Below, piece after piece: positions 61,321 to 64,000 of a stretch of 64,000 nucleotides of DNA. The DNA is taken from positions 104,261,805-104,325,804 of the forward strand of contig JARDVH010000193.1 in assembly GCA_030324005.1 (NCBI GenBank). The letters run 5' to 3'. Made by a program: the position numbers and the translations under genes. The notes beneath the pieces were generated by a model that was not told the DNA's origin, searched no databases, and worked only from the letters and a program-made list of their open reading frames with translations. Within the stretch, counting starts at the first letter, position 1. Each line of letters starts with the position of its first letter. Origin of the DNA: Negaprion brevirostris (taxonomy: Eukaryota).

Positions 61321-62836
61321 CTGTGGCTCACGGAAAAAAAGTTGTGTGATTCAGTGAAGTCAATTTCTGTTTTAAAAATAATTGGAGCAGAGAGCTGTAA
61401 GACTTAACCCAAATGCAGGAAGTAGTGACCCCCCAATTTTCTTTTGTTGCAACTCAATAAATTAATAGAGCAAATTTAGGCAATTGTTTGATTGTTGTGA
61501 AACACAGCGATGGCTAGGGAGAAATAATTAGCTAAATAAGCTGCTGTGAATTCATCTCACGGCAACCAGGAAAACAATGCTGAAACAATACACAGTTAAA
61601 AGGGGTTAATCCTCGATATCATCCATATCCACAAGCCAGCGTTTTCATAGAAATGCGCACAAACCTATCTGATTATCTCAGTACAAGCATTTTCAAATGT
61701 CAGCAGAGCAGTGGCAGACATAGGCAGGGTATTGCACTACACATGGGAGCCTTGTGCTGAGAAAAGNNNNNNNNNNNNNNNNNNNNNNNNNNNNNNNNNN
61801 NNNNNNNNNNNNNNNNNNNNNNNNNNNNNNNNNNNNNNNNNNNNNNNNNNNNNNNNNNNNNNNNNNNNNNNNNNNNNNNNNNNNNNNNNNNNNNNNNNNN
61901 NNNNNNNNNNNNATTGTCAAACTGCTGTGAAACTGCCTTGAGCAAGCCAGCATCCCATTAATTAGGTCATTTCAAGCCGTTTCTGTATATTGAATAGATA
62001 GTGGGTCGGTTGCAAAGTAACATTTTTTTTAGAATTGAATGGATAAGAATCAAATGCAAATTTTCACCACGCTTTTATTTGTTTTTCCCTCCTCCTTTCT
62101 TTAATGTACCAGTTCAACTTCAGCATGTGTTTTTGGTACATTGTGCAAGTGTCCGTGTGTCACGTGTGGATCTAGACCACAGGCATGAGCTGGAACATTC
62201 ACACGTGGAGGTATTACAGCCAACCTCATTTCTGGTTTCACCTGATGACTTACATAAAGTGCACCTTCAAGCAAAATTGACAAGACAACAATCAAGAAGA
62301 GTGGCACTTGATGATTTTCCCTCTCTTTACTTTCAGCAGGGAGGGGGGCCTGAGTGCCTTTTTTGAGTTCTCACCTAACCCTGCAAGATTAAGGGAATCA
62401 ACACCAAGCAGAAATGAATTTGAGTACCTTCCTAACCTGCCCGTCTGAGTGCCACATAATTACAATTGCCTACGAGACCGCCAGAACACTGAAGGTTTTA
62501 TTTGTTCATATTCTTATAAAAACTCTGATCTTCCTTTTCAAAGATCTGTTTTATTGAGAATTTTTTTTAAAGGTCGGCTGCACAGATAAAATGTTCATAA
62601 AGGAGAAACTTTTTGAAGGATAAATAGAATGAAAAGGTTATGTTTCACACAGAGGCTGAGGTTGCCAAATTGGTCCCTTATAAGCACTGTTAGTGTTAGN
62701 NNNNNNNNNNNNNNNNNNNNNNNNNNNNNNNNNNNNNNNNNNNNNNNNNNNNNNNNNNNNNNNNNNNNNNNNNNNNNNNNNNNNNNNNNNNNNNNNNNNT
62801 AGTGTTAGCACAATGGAAGTGCTGAAGTTTGTAAAA

Positions 62837-63260
62837 GACAGGTGGGCATATGAATTTTACAGGAATGTGAGATTGCCAATGGAGCAGGAAGCCATCAGCT
62901 GCAATGCATGACTTGATTTGCAGGTTACACGTGCCAATAAGGAGAGGTTAAAAAAAACAGCAAGGGTTACCATTCCATCAATCTGCAGCTGGTATGCAAC
63001 CATGCACAAACCATTAGGATGGTGCATGCCTGTTATCATGGCTGTAGCCACAATGCATCATTCTGAAGCAGTCTTGTATTCCTGCCTGCCATTTCTGGGC
63101 TTCCAAGGTGAACCAGGGAATGGCTACTAAGGGGGACAAAGAATACCATGTCTAAACTGGTGCCCTCCCTCCACTATCCACATAGTAAAAACCAGGCAGC
63201 TACCATTAACATCACAGAGCAGATCATCGACAGTCTCAACTGCCTTTCCAAACAATTTTG
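62837..63260 (+). pseudogene. Decayed PIF/Harbinger DDE transposase (HARBI1-like catalytic core)
   Basis: FYRNVRLPMEQEAISC (~GFP.VQGAIDC); NSKGYHSINLQLVCNHAQTIRMVHACYHGCSHNA at 62956-63057 (~NRKGYHSINVQLVC...PGS.HD); WLL/GDKEY; ITEQII (~IEQTIG); stops and frameshifts. Confidence 0.85.
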
Positions 63261-63669
63261 GTGTTGCCAGCACGGCAGCTCATGCAAGAAAGGGTGTTAG
63301 CGCAGGCATGCCCTGCATGCACTGGCAGCATCAAGAATGCTCAGATCATGAAGTCGAATGGCCATTCTGGCTGATTTGATATACTTTTCTGAAATATGAA
63401 CTATGCAACTCCATTGAACATCCATACTAATAGCTCTCAGCCGAATTAACATGTTTATTGAACTAGTCACCAGAGATATGGTAAAGCCTGCAGGAGGTTT
63501 TGGCAACCGGTAGATCATTGTGCATTCATTCAGGCGGGGCTATGAATTTGGTCACCTGCAAGTCTGTTAGAGATATGTAGCCTGTGGTTGTCTCTGGGTT
63601 TACATCACGAGCATGGTCTGTGGGGAAAAAAAACTCTGTGAAGTGGGAGAAAGACAAGGAAACAGGCTT

Positions 63670-64000
63670 TGTCCACCACAAGTTTAAACAACCATTTCTC
63701 GTACTTACACCTCACCAAGGAGCAAGCCAGGGTTGGTTCAGAATGAACAAAGAGATGATCACAGGTCCTCGTTCATGCCAACTTACAGTAACACCATAGT
63801 GCGAGGACAACACTGCCATGGCATTAAATGTCACAGTCACTTTAAACTCCTAATGGTTACTTCAGGTGGGAGTGGTAGACATATCAAACTTCTCCCAGTC
63901 CACAGACTATTATTGCATCCAGGAGATCATGGAGGTGCTATGTGTAATGGGAGGGGATTACATCTTGTTCACTCCAAGCAGAGAAAGACAGTATGAGTGG
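63670..64000 (+). pseudogene. Second decayed Harbinger transposase segment (N-terminal HTH region), runs off the window
   Basis: Across frameshifts: FSYLHLTKEQ...FRMNKEMIT...TLP/ALNVTVTLN...GYF/QVGVVDISNFSQST...CIQEIMEVL...DYILF (~ALPVAVKVT.ALNF..GSFQ...DI..ISQ). Confidence 0.75.

Noticed and set aside
62001-62385. 121-aa + strand ORF, and a minus-strand hydrophobic stretch VPLFLIVVLSILLEGALY ending at a gtaagt donor
   Set aside because: The nearest good minus-strand acceptor gives an in-frame stop, and neither peptide is recognisable; insufficient support
2120-62799. Long ORFs in the track that span N runs (e.g. 19782, 26720, 44943, 47747)
   Set aside because: They are open only because N codons contain no stops; most gaps fall inside high-copy repeats
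1-64000. CRISPR arrays, operons or prokaryotic defence systems
   Set aside because: The sequence is vertebrate repeat-rich DNA with no regularly spaced repeat-spacer structure and no long intact ORFs

Overview
Eukaryotic, AT-rich, repeat-dominated, gappy genomic DNA, most likely from a shark or other elasmobranch. This is inferred from the repeat inventory: HE1-like V-SINEs, SacSINE1-like Deu-domain SINEs and abundant CR1 LINEs. No intact protein-coding gene, tRNA or rRNA is recognisable, so the window reads as a large intron or intergenic tract. It contains decayed CR1, Rex1/Babar-type and L2-type LINE fragments, three SINE groups, two Gypsy relics, at least one solo LTR with a 4-bp TSD, many PIF/Harbinger-type MITEs with decayed Harbinger transposase and Myb/SANT ORFs, and short Penelope-like termini carrying minimal hammerhead-ribozyme motifs. 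The best leads are a U2-snRNA-headed composite element (~28.9 kb), a near-canonical hammerhead motif (47841-47876, minus strand), V-SINEs with two interchangeable 3' tails, fold-back structures, and a few candidate enhancers and micro-exons. All family assignments come from motif recognition by eye; no database search was run, and most boundaries are approximate.
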